Assembly (NCBI GenBank): GCA_036278915.1
Contig: DASUKB010000004.1
Location: 9,441-73,440, forward strand
Length of the DNA stretch: 64,000 nt
DNA from: Patescibacteria group bacterium
GTDB lineage: Bacteria > Patescibacteriota > Doudnabacteria > UBA920 > O2-02-FULL-48-8
Direction: 5' to 3'
Shown: one piece after another, positions 56,533-64,000 of the stretch
Numbering within the stretch: position 1 is the stretch's first letter
Layout: every line of letters starts with the position of its first letter
Translations under genes and position numbers: made by a program
Notes under the pieces: model-generated
What the model saw: only the letters and a program-made list of their open reading frames with translations
The model's database searches: none
What the model was told of the DNA's origin: nothing

Positions 56533-57357
56533 ATGAAATTTTTTCATCTCCTGGCATGCTTCAGCATCATTTTACTTGGATTGGTGAATCTATCAACCAA
56601 TGCCCAAGCGGATTTCGCGCAAACTCCGCAGGCACCGCAAGCACTTAATTTCCCAGCCACCAAAGATGAGTCTTACAACTGGGCAGGCTACGTGTCAGTA
56701 GATGCGGGCGTCTATACGGCGATCTCAGGCACGTGGACCGTGCCAACGCCGACAGATAATGATTATAACTCAGATGCGGCCTGGGTCGGCATTGGCGGCG
56801 TCACTTCGGACGATCTTATCCAGGCTGGGACGCTGAATTCCAATGGCGTCACCGAAAGCTGGTACGAGACTTTGCCAGACGTTATAACGCCATTGCCGCT
56901 GCGGATTTCACCTGGCGACAAAGTGAGTGTGTCGCTGGATTGGTTGTCCGGAAATGTCTGGAAATTGGATTTCCGCAACGATACGACAAATAAAGATTAT
57001 TCTACTTCCATTTATTACGCTTCCTCTTTCTCTTCGGCCGAATGGGTTGAGGAAATGCCCAGCTCAAACTTGGGTCTGATGCCGCTGGATGATTTTGGCG
57101 CGGTTGAGTTTACCTCCGCTACTACTGTAGAGAATGGCAATACAGTCACTATAGACCAATCAGGCGCCCAGCCGATGGATATGGTTAATCCCCAAGGGCA
57201 AGTCCTTGCAAGAGCCTCAACGATCAACCCCGACGGCACAAGTTTTACCGTCAGCCGCACAAACGCGCAAGCTTTAGCCCAAACCCAGAGCCGGTCCCGC
57301 AGGAAGCGTCTGAACAACCAGCAAAATTTCTGGCAATTTATCTTCTCATTCCAGTAA
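56533..57357 (+). CDS. G1 family glutamic peptidase (eqolisin / Peptidase_A4), secreted
   Basis: SYNWAGY, WVGIGG, LIQAG (Gln), SAEWVEE (Glu). Confidence 0.88.
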   Translation: MKFFHLLACFSIILLGLVNLSTNAQADFAQTPQAPQALNFPATKDESYNWAGYVSVDAGVYTAISGTWTVPTPTDNDYNSDAAWVGIGGVTSDDLIQAGTLNSNGVTESWYETLPDVITPLPLRISPGDKVSVSLDWLSGNVWKLDFRNDTTNKDYSTSIYYASSFSSAEWVEEMPSSNLGLMPLDDFGAVEFTSATTVENGNTVTIDQSGAQPMDMVNPQGQVLARASTINPDGTSFTVSRTNAQALAQTQSRSRRKRLNNQQNFWQFIFSFQ

Positions 57358-57368
57358 ATATCTCCACC

Positions 57369-57396
57369 AAATCCCGCTTCCAAGCGGGATTTTTTA
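57369..57396 (+). terminator. Rho-independent terminator
   Basis: AAATCCCGCTT-CC-AAGCGGGATTT followed by a T-run. Confidence 0.8.
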
Positions 57397-57577
57397 TTGT
57401 CTAGGTTCAGATGATGGTGGCCACTCTTAAGTTTGTAAAAGTAATAGTTTATAGTAAATTGGAATGGTTCCACAATCCAAACAGAATTAAAAAATTCACC
57501 ACCAGAAGGTGTTGAATTTTTTTGGCTCTCTGTAGTTGAAAACGTTAGAACTTATTTCAGCAAAGCTTTTGTCTATA

Positions 57578-58195
57578 TCACTTAGTAAAACTTATACTAT
57601 TTAAGAAAGTAGCATATCGAGAATCCTGTGTAGTATCAGCGTTTTGGCGAGTTCCTTGAATCCAATAGAGATGATTATTATAGATAAAGTAATAGTCATC
57701 TAATCCGGGACGATTAGCAGGAAAATCAACTACATGCAGGGCTTTATTACCCACAATTGTGGTGTTAGTATCAGTTGTGCTGTTTGCGTCCAATGTTAAA
57801 GAATATTGTTTATTATTGCTATGTAGAAGCAGTTGCTCTACATCGGTATTATTTGGGAGAGTATTGCTATTATACAAAATTCCTAATGCAAATGTAGGCG
57901 TGCCAGTAGCTGTTATTTCTAATGATCCGTTGGCTAATACTACACTTGATTGAGGAAATACGTTAAAAGACATGCCCCACGGAGTGTACGTATAAGGTAG
58001 CCAAGAGTTTGTATTATTTTCTGCAATCTTTTGGTCATTTGTTTCTGTGATTGAGTAAGGGAAAGTTACTAAAGAGGTATCTGTATTATCAGCACGGTGT
58101 GCAGAATTGTTATTTTTATATTTAAAAACCAAAAACCCTGCCCCAATAATAATCACAAGTACTATAATGGTTATTATTATATTGCGTTTATTCAT
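57578..58195 (-). CDS. Membrane-anchored hypothetical protein (PsbP-like fold possible)
   Basis: N-terminal TM, W..YT...WGMSF..P, C-terminal FLNSISF; AT-rich. Confidence 0.65.
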   Translation of the reverse strand: MNKRNIIITIIVLVIIIGAGFLVFKYKNNNSAHRADNTDTSLVTFPYSITETNDQKIAENNTNSWLPYTYTPWGMSFNVFPQSSVVLANGSLEITATGTPTFALGILYNSNTLPNNTDVEQLLLHSNNKQYSLTLDANSTTDTNTTIVGNKALHVVDFPANRPGLDDYYFIYNNHLYWIQGTRQNADTTQDSRYATFLNSISFTK

Positions 58196-58427
58196 AAGTT
58201 AGTAATTACTAATAAGGAGAAGCAGTGAGGGCAGGAAGTCCTCAGAGAGTTTAGGTTGAATTTCAGCCTAAGTCAAATCAGAGCTTGATATTTAAACCAA
58301 AAATATCTACCGCAAATATCTTGGTATGAAACCTGCTGGACCAGAAAATTTATTTGAACAACACCCCCAAAAAAGCTATAATATCGAAGTTAAGTTTGTT
58401 TATTTTGTGAAGCGAATCGCGACGAAT

Positions 58428-58502
58428 GGCGCTATCGTCTAGTGGTTAGGACGGCTGGTTCTCATCCAGCAAACTCGGGTTCGATTCCCGGTAGCGCTGC
58501 CA
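58428..58502 (+). tRNA. tRNA-Glu (anticodon CTC)
   Basis: GGCGCTA/TAGCGCT acceptor stem, GCTGG-TTCTCAT-CCAGC anticodon arm, GGTTCGATTCC T-arm, encoded CCA. Confidence 0.96.
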
Positions 58503-58566
58503 ACAAAGGACATTAGCTTCAGCTAGTGTTTTTTGTTATAGTAATTCTATATTATTCGGAAAACTG

Positions 58567-59787
58567 ATGAATATTTTTCCAGAAAAATTGAGTTGGAAAT
58601 TGTCTACACTTTACACCACATTGGTCCTTGTTATCCTGGGGACTTCAAGTCTTTTTATGTACCGATATCTTGCTTCGAGAACACAAATCAAAACACCTAC
58701 GAATCTCACACCTTCAACTTCGCCACAGACCCAAACTCCAACCGACTCAACTGGAACGACAAGCTACCTGGATACATCATTTGATTTGGGAAAATGCAAA
58801 ACTACTATGCCTGTGGTGCCAAGCAAATCGGGACAAGTACAATGGATCGAGCCAAAATATCAACCGGATATGAAAATATTCGAATCTGGCGATATGGGAA
58901 ATGACTACTTGGGCGGAGAAGCAAGTTACTTAGTAGGCCGCGTAATGTCCGGTAAATATAAAGGCGGAGATGTATTTCTTACTACTGTTCCTTACGCTGG
59001 TTTTTTCGGATCAGAACAGTACGATCATGAAATAAAACTTAACGGTAAAATTTATTATCTGTCAAAATACTCGGAAGACGATTTAGACAATAAAAACTCA
59101 GAAGTTACTCCATTAAAAAATGTAACTATCGATAAGCAGTTCGATTTAATTGATTTAGATTTGCCGCAAATTATTCATCTTGACAATCCTGTCGTCGATT
59201 TAGTCCAACTCCCCCCATATTTCGGTTTCACGCAATACGCGGACCAGCGCTTCTGTGGCGACAATAAGGTGCAAAGTTTTTATGATAATTCCGTAGACGT
59301 CATCTATACTCTTAATGACGCGGGCCGGGCAAATCTTTTCAAGGAAAATAAATCCACACCCACGAGCTATTATGTGAAAGCGCCGGATAGCACGCAGCGA
59401 GTATACGTTATCAAGCCTAGTTTTATGCAGAACAACGACATCCCGTCTATCACATGGAATGATATTGGCGTGAATACGCAAAAGTACACATATCAAAATA
59501 TGACTGGTTGCGGTCCGCTGGCTTTTACTGATATCTCAAACGTCTACCCGTCAGATCTGATCCAGACTGGGACCACGTCGGATAACCAAACAGTATTTGA
59601 GTACAAAGACTCCAATAACTCAGGATTAAAAGAGGTTTATAATAAAACTGACATGTACGAACCAAATCTCAAACCAAGTTATGACGTTTTCAAATCAAAT
59701 CATCCGGTGTTTTTTTGGAAAGACCCATTCGGTTATTATGTGCGTTTTATCAACGAACAATATGAAGCATCAGCCTATTGCGGATAA
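58567..59787 (+). CDS. Membrane-anchored hypothetical extracellular protein
   Basis: 406 aa, N-terminal TM plus T/P/S linker, C-terminal FWKDPFG..RF...CG; AT-rich. Confidence 0.72.
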   Translation: MNIFPEKLSWKLSTLYTTLVLVILGTSSLFMYRYLASRTQIKTPTNLTPSTSPQTQTPTDSTGTTSYLDTSFDLGKCKTTMPVVPSKSGQVQWIEPKYQPDMKIFESGDMGNDYLGGEASYLVGRVMSGKYKGGDVFLTTVPYAGFFGSEQYDHEIKLNGKIYYLSKYSEDDLDNKNSEVTPLKNVTIDKQFDLIDLDLPQIIHLDNPVVDLVQLPPYFGFTQYADQRFCGDNKVQSFYDNSVDVIYTLNDAGRANLFKENKSTPTSYYVKAPDSTQRVYVIKPSFMQNNDIPSITWNDIGVNTQKYTYQNMTGCGPLAFTDISNVYPSDLIQTGTTSDNQTVFEYKDSNNSGLKEVYNKTDMYEPNLKPSYDVFKSNHPVFFWKDPFGYYVRFINEQYEASAYCG

Positions 59788-59879
59788 TTAAGCTAGGAAT
59801 TTCTGCTGGTGATTTGCCTGATTTACTCTTCCACGCATAAGAGTTAATATACAACCAACAAGTAACCCCGCCCAAATTT

Positions 59880-60176
59880 ATGCCAATGGAAACCATCCTC
59901 CCAGGTGTGCCGGAAATAAACGAAAGTTCGGATCCAGTATTGGATCATTTAGTGGAATTGCGTACGCGTCTGATTACCCAAGGAGATGTTGAGTCCACTA
60001 TTGAGGAGCTGCGCTGGTATATGGGTCTGCGCGACTCCGCGGAATCCATCCAGCCCGAGGATCGCATTGTTTGGAAACAGCTGCATGGCGTGTACCAGGA
60101 TCTTTCGGATGAGCAAATCTTACGGCTCATAAACGAGTTGGACAAAACGGAATCCGGCGATTACATCAACCAATAA
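59880..60176 (+). CDS. Hypothetical acidic protein (98 aa)
   Basis: Fills the gap and is followed by a terminator hairpin. Confidence 0.6.
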   Translation: MPMETILPGVPEINESSDPVLDHLVELRTRLITQGDVESTIEELRWYMGLRDSAESIQPEDRIVWKQLHGVYQDLSDEQILRLINELDKTESGDYINQ

Positions 60177-60182
60177 CTACAT

Positions 60183-60211
60183 AAAAACCCAAGACAACGT
60201 CTTGGGTTTTT
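60183..60211. terminator. Bidirectional terminator
   Basis: AAAAACCCAAGAC-AAC-GTCTTGGGTTTTT between convergent genes. Confidence 0.85.
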
Positions 60212-60527
60212 ATGATGCCTGCGGCGGATTAAAAAGCTTTTTGAGCATCCAGCCGGTGTAGGCGCCCAGAAGGCTTACCCCAACGGCCACCAGGCCAGTC
60301 GTAATTTCCGAGATATGGCCTCCGGTACGCAAGATCGCCATCGCAGGAAGCCCCAAGCCCATGATAATGCCGTAAAGCCACGGTTTGGAGGCGGCCATAA
60401 TGCTGACTATGAAGCTTGCGGCCAGAAGCATGGCCACAGTTACGGCTGTGTCGGTCCGATGCAAATCAGAAAAACCGACATAAGCCGAGAGTACTATGGC
60501 AAGCAGAATTGTCAGGGGTGTTCTCAT
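60210..60527 (-). CDS. Small 4-TM membrane protein
   Basis: Start MRTPL at 60527, 6 nt after TTGACG-17-TACACT. Confidence 0.7.
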   Translation of the reverse strand: MRTPLTILLAIVLSAYVGFSDLHRTDTAVTVAMLLAASFIVSIMAASKPWLYGIIMGLGLPAMAILRTGGHISEITTGLVAVGVSLLGAYTGWMLKKLFNPPQAS

Positions 60528-60675
60528 AGCATAAGTGTAGGAGTCGGGCCTACGTTCGTCAAACCTAATCCCCAGTTTTGATTCGCCTAGGGTAAACAAC
60601 GATTTTGTTATCCATAGTTGATCAAAACTGGGGCTGGGCAAATTAGAATTTTTGCTGTAAAATAAAAATAAGCCA

Positions 60676-61488
60676 ATGTATATAATTTTCGATATTGGCG
60701 GTACCTATACCAGATTCGCCTCGTCTTTAGACGGTGCCACCATAATAGACACAAAAATTGAACCCACCCCGCAGAACCTAGACGAAGCCGTGTTGCTTTA
60801 CAAAAAGCTCGTGACGGATCTTTCGCATGGGCAGAAAATCGACGCGCTTGCCGGCGGTGTTCCCGGGCCACTCAATCCGGAGAAAACCATGCTCGTTAAC
60901 GCCCCACATCTGCGCAACTGGATAAACAAGCCTTTAGACCAGCGGTTCCGCCGCATAGCAGACTGCCCCGTGTTTTTTGAAAATGACTCGGCACTGGCAG
61001 CATTGGGCGAAGGCACAAAAGGCGCTGGCACGGGCTATCGAGTGGTCGCATACATCGGCGTCGGCACTGGCGTCGGAGGCGCGCGCGTGGTCAATCAGCA
61101 GATAGATGTTTCAAGCATCGGGTTTGAGCCAGGCGACATGATTATCGATGAAGGCAATACTTTGGAGTCATTCATCTCCGGCAATACCATTAAAGAAAAA
61201 TACGGAAAAAAAGCTTCCGAAATGGAGAATGAAACTTTTTGGCGCGACTTCGAAGCCAAACTGACTCTGGGACTTAACAATGTAACAGTCATGTGGTCAC
61301 CGGATATTATAGTACTCGGCGGTGGCGTAGGACAGTGCCCGCAAGTATCCGTAGACAGAATTATGCTGTCTATGTACCGGCGGCTGACAATTTACCCGAA
61401 ATTGCCGCGCGTGCTTAAAGCCACACTTGGCGACCACGCGGCTCTGCTCGGATCGTTGACTTATCTGTCGCAAAAACTTGGAAAATAA
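60676..61488 (+). CDS. ROK family sugar kinase (no Zn-Cys motif)
   Basis: FDIGGT, GVPGP, ENDS, GTGVGG, LGGGV. Confidence 0.88.
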   Translation: MYIIFDIGGTYTRFASSLDGATIIDTKIEPTPQNLDEAVLLYKKLVTDLSHGQKIDALAGGVPGPLNPEKTMLVNAPHLRNWINKPLDQRFRRIADCPVFFENDSALAALGEGTKGAGTGYRVVAYIGVGTGVGGARVVNQQIDVSSIGFEPGDMIIDEGNTLESFISGNTIKEKYGKKASEMENETFWRDFEAKLTLGLNNVTVMWSPDIIVLGGGVGQCPQVSVDRIMLSMYRRLTIYPKLPRVLKATLGDHAALLGSLTYLSQKLGK

Positions 61489-61490
61489 AT

Positions 61491-63212
61491 TTAGCGAGAC
61501 GGGGGGATTTGCAGATAATTTAAAATGAAACTTGCTATATCGCCGAATGCCGGAGCCGCGGTTGATTCGGCGAATTTGACGTCCTTGGGATCGTTAATGC
61601 GCACCAACATCAAGAATACCGGATTATCTACCGGTCCAAATCCTATAAACGTGCCAATATTGCGGGAGGGGTCATACCCGGCCCTGTCAGTGTAAGCCAC
61701 CTGAGCCGTACCTGTCTTGCCGCCAATATAGTAGCCAGGCACGCCAGCCTGTTTGCCGTGGCCGTTTTCCACCACGTCCACAAGCATGGCCGAAACCGTA
61801 GCCGCGGTTTTGGCGCTTATCACCTGACCCGCAGGCTGCGGTTCTTTTTGGATCACACTTCCGTCCGGATGGACGATTTTGTCTACAACGTAAGGCTTCA
61901 CCATTTGCCCGCCGTTGGCAAAGGCGGTGTAGGCTTGAATCAACTGCATGGAGGTCACGCTTATACCCTGGCCAAATGACGCTGTCGCGTAAAAAATATT
62001 TCCTGCATTATTCAGCTGGCTCAAATTCCCCGCTGATTCACCCGGCAAATCAATTCCTGTGGTTTTGCCAAACCCGAACTTCTCTACATATTGCCGGAAC
62101 GTGTCCTGCCCAAGCAACTGCTGCACGTACACTGCGCCGGTATTGAGCGACTCGTCCAGTACCTGCGTCATAGTCTGTGTGCCCAAAGGCGCGGGATTGG
62201 AATTTTTTATGACGCGATCGTCCACCTGTACGGAACCGGTGTCGTTGTAGGTCGATTGCGGAGTAATTTTTCCTTCGTTTATACCCGCGGCTAAAGTTAT
62301 AGCCTTAAACACCGAGCCCGGTTCATAATCGGAATAAATCACATCGTTGTTGTATTGCGAAACCGAGTCAACCTGGCTGTAATTATTCGGGTCAAAATCA
62401 GGATAATTGGCCATGGCCATAATCGCGCCGGTTTTAGGATTGACCACGATAACGCTGCCAGAATCCGCGCCATGCGTCTGCACCGTGGAATCCAGCACCT
62501 GCTGGGCTTTAAACTGAATTGACGGATCAATCGTTAAGTAAATATCGTTGCCGTCCACGGGTCCGGTTTCGGTGCCGGCGTCGCTGGCCACGCCGTCATG
62601 ACCGGCTAAATCTGTTTGAAAGCCGCCTTCCACGCCGTACTGTCCCACGCGGTCATCGCCCTTGTATCCCAAAAATCCCAGAACCTGGCTGGCCAAGTTT
62701 GCCTGCGGATACAGACGGACGGACTCAGGCGTCAGATGGATGCCTGTCAGGTTTAATTTTTGTATCTGTTTGGATTGATCATCCGTTAAATTATGCTTCA
62801 ATGGCAGATATTTCTGGTTGCCGACCTTTATATCAGTCAGCACGTCGGCCGCATTCAGACCCAAAATCGGGGCCAACTCCATAGCCGCCAATTCCTCGTC
62901 ATCTGCTGTCATCTGGCTTGCATTGGCAAATACTAAATTTTGGTTGACGTTGGTGGCCGCGAGCATAGGCTGACCGCCCGATTTGGCATTGGAAAAATAA
63001 ATTTCGCCGCGCTTGGCCGGGATGACATTAAATTTCCCGTACTGGCCCGCGGCCTGGGCCAGGTACAAGGCGTGTTCTGTAATCTGCAAGTGGAACAGCC
63101 GGAAACCCAACAGACCCACGAACAGCGTAATCAATCCCATTAACAAAAAAACTCTTATTCGGTAAATATAAGAATCAGCTTGCGCGTTGTTTCGGGAGCC
63201 GTTTCTAATCAT
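61491..63212 (-). CDS. ftsI: Class B penicillin-binding protein (FtsI/PBP2)
   Basis: RGEIY, EPGSVFK (SxxK), SLN, KTGT; downstream of rsmH-ftsL. Confidence 0.88.
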   Translation of the reverse strand: MIRNGSRNNAQADSYIYRIRVFLLMGLITLFVGLLGFRLFHLQITEHALYLAQAAGQYGKFNVIPAKRGEIYFSNAKSGGQPMLAATNVNQNLVFANASQMTADDEELAAMELAPILGLNAADVLTDIKVGNQKYLPLKHNLTDDQSKQIQKLNLTGIHLTPESVRLYPQANLASQVLGFLGYKGDDRVGQYGVEGGFQTDLAGHDGVASDAGTETGPVDGNDIYLTIDPSIQFKAQQVLDSTVQTHGADSGSVIVVNPKTGAIMAMANYPDFDPNNYSQVDSVSQYNNDVIYSDYEPGSVFKAITLAAGINEGKITPQSTYNDTGSVQVDDRVIKNSNPAPLGTQTMTQVLDESLNTGAVYVQQLLGQDTFRQYVEKFGFGKTTGIDLPGESAGNLSQLNNAGNIFYATASFGQGISVTSMQLIQAYTAFANGGQMVKPYVVDKIVHPDGSVIQKEPQPAGQVISAKTAATVSAMLVDVVENGHGKQAGVPGYYIGGKTGTAQVAYTDRAGYDPSRNIGTFIGFGPVDNPVFLMLVRINDPKDVKFAESTAAPAFGDIASFILNYLQIPPSR

Positions 63213-63526
63213 TTGTTTAGAGCAACGTTGTCGGCCTTAAGGTACGTGATTTTACCGGCGGGCACAAAATCCAGCTGGACAGATTCGGCCTGTAGAGTAG
63301 ATACAGACTGCAGGCTTGAGTTTTGAAGTTCCAGCTTCTGGTGCTGATCCTCCAAATCCGAAATCTGTGCGGATAATTTTTTCGTATTAAAATTTTCCGT
63401 AGCCATGGAAATGGTGCCATAAACATAGACCGCGCCCATTGCGAGGATGATTGCCAAAAGACACAGATTGGTACGAAGCACGGTTATTTTTGGTTTTCGA
63501 AAATTTTCATGTGCAGAAATTGTCAT
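63209..63526 (-). CDS. FtsL-like cell division protein
   Basis: One TM plus coiled coil, between rsmH and the PBP gene. Confidence 0.7.
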   Translation of the reverse strand: MTISAHENFRKPKITVLRTNLCLLAIILAMGAVYVYGTISMATENFNTKKLSAQISDLEDQHQKLELQNSSLQSVSTLQAESVQLDFVPAGKITYLKADNVALNK

Positions 63527-63563
63527 TGTCGCCGCCTTGTTTATTTTTTAAATAATTTATATT

Positions 63564-64000
63564 TTAAACTTTTTGCGCCACCCGCAGTTTGGCCGGAAAG
63601 CTTCTAGGATTTTCCGCCCGTTCTTGCTCCGAGGCCGTGACTGGCTTTTTTGTCAGGACCCGGAGTCTGGGATTGTGCTCGCAAACGCATTGCGGAAATT
63701 CAGGCGGACATACGCAACCCCTTGATTCTTGAACGAAAAATCTCTTTACTATGCGATCCTCAAGCGAATGAAACGAGATTACAAGCATTCTCCCGCCGGG
63801 AACCAAAAGTTCGGCAATTTCAGGCAGGGCAGTTGTGAGATTGGATAATTCCCCGTTAACTTCGATGCGCAAAGCTTGGAATATACGCCGCGCGGAGTCT
63901 GCGGCCTTGTGTTTTATTGGTTTAGGCAGGGCCTCGTGGATTATCTCAAACAGTTCGGAAGTTTTTGAGACAGCTGTCTTGCTTCGGTGTTGGACAATTT
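63564..64000 (-). CDS. rsmH: 16S rRNA m4C1402 methyltransferase, 3' part (runs off the window)
   Basis: Frame open to the edge: IFQALRIEVN, ISFHSLEDRIVK, NPRS..AKLR. Confidence 0.95.
   Translation of the reverse strand, partial: IVQHRSKTAVSKTSELFEIIHEALPKPIKHKAADSARRIFQALRIEVNGELSNLTTALPEIAELLVPGGRMLVISFHSLEDRIVKRFFVQESRGCVCPPEFPQCVCEHNPRLRVLTKKPVTASEQERAENPRSFPAKLRVAQKV

Noticed and set aside
57015-57473. 152-aa minus-strand ORF
   Set aside because: Runs through a terminator and antisense to the G1 peptidase
1-64000. CRISPR array, transposase or integron integrase
   Set aside because: I saw no regularly spaced repeats and no recognisable DDE, HUH or tyrosine recombinase motifs
1-64000. 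TGA recoding (code 25)
   Set aside because: Conserved genes are full length under code 11, and several end at TGA (alaS, scpA, rmlB)

Overview
This is a gene-dense, mostly minus-strand bacterial chromosome segment read with standard code 11. It looks like Patescibacteria/CPR (Parcubacteria or Doudnabacteria-like). That assignment is an inference from the short AlaRS, the GAD-less AspRS, a non-phage baseplate-J-like protein, a cupin-type GPI, GTLIK-repeat surface proteins and many leaderless genes. Contents: housekeeping genes (alaS, aspS, rarA, scpAB, lgt, rsmH-ftsL-ftsI, tRNA-Glu(CTC)), surface-glycan genes (wzx, wzy, glycosyltransferases, galE, rmlBCDA), a sortase locus with APxTG-tagged DUF11 proteins, secreted hydrolases, a GH1/EamA/GH-A/CdaR cluster and a type II R-M pair. 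Several stand-alone genes with strong AGGAGG sites each carry their own promoter and terminator. Best leads: (1) the sortase with isopeptide-type DUF11 substrates; (2) a duplicated promoter/terminator scaffold holding unrelated genes at 17.4-19.8 kb; (3) an AbrB-YbaK unit with a perfect 18-bp palindrome, bracketed by REP-like repeats; (4) a Phd/YefM-like N-terminal extension on GalE; (5) a KpnI-like HNH nuclease paired with a NaeI/NgoMIV-like methylase; (6) an orphan sensor-less sigma54 activator. I saw no CRISPR array, integrase or transposase. All family calls come from motif recognition, not database searches.
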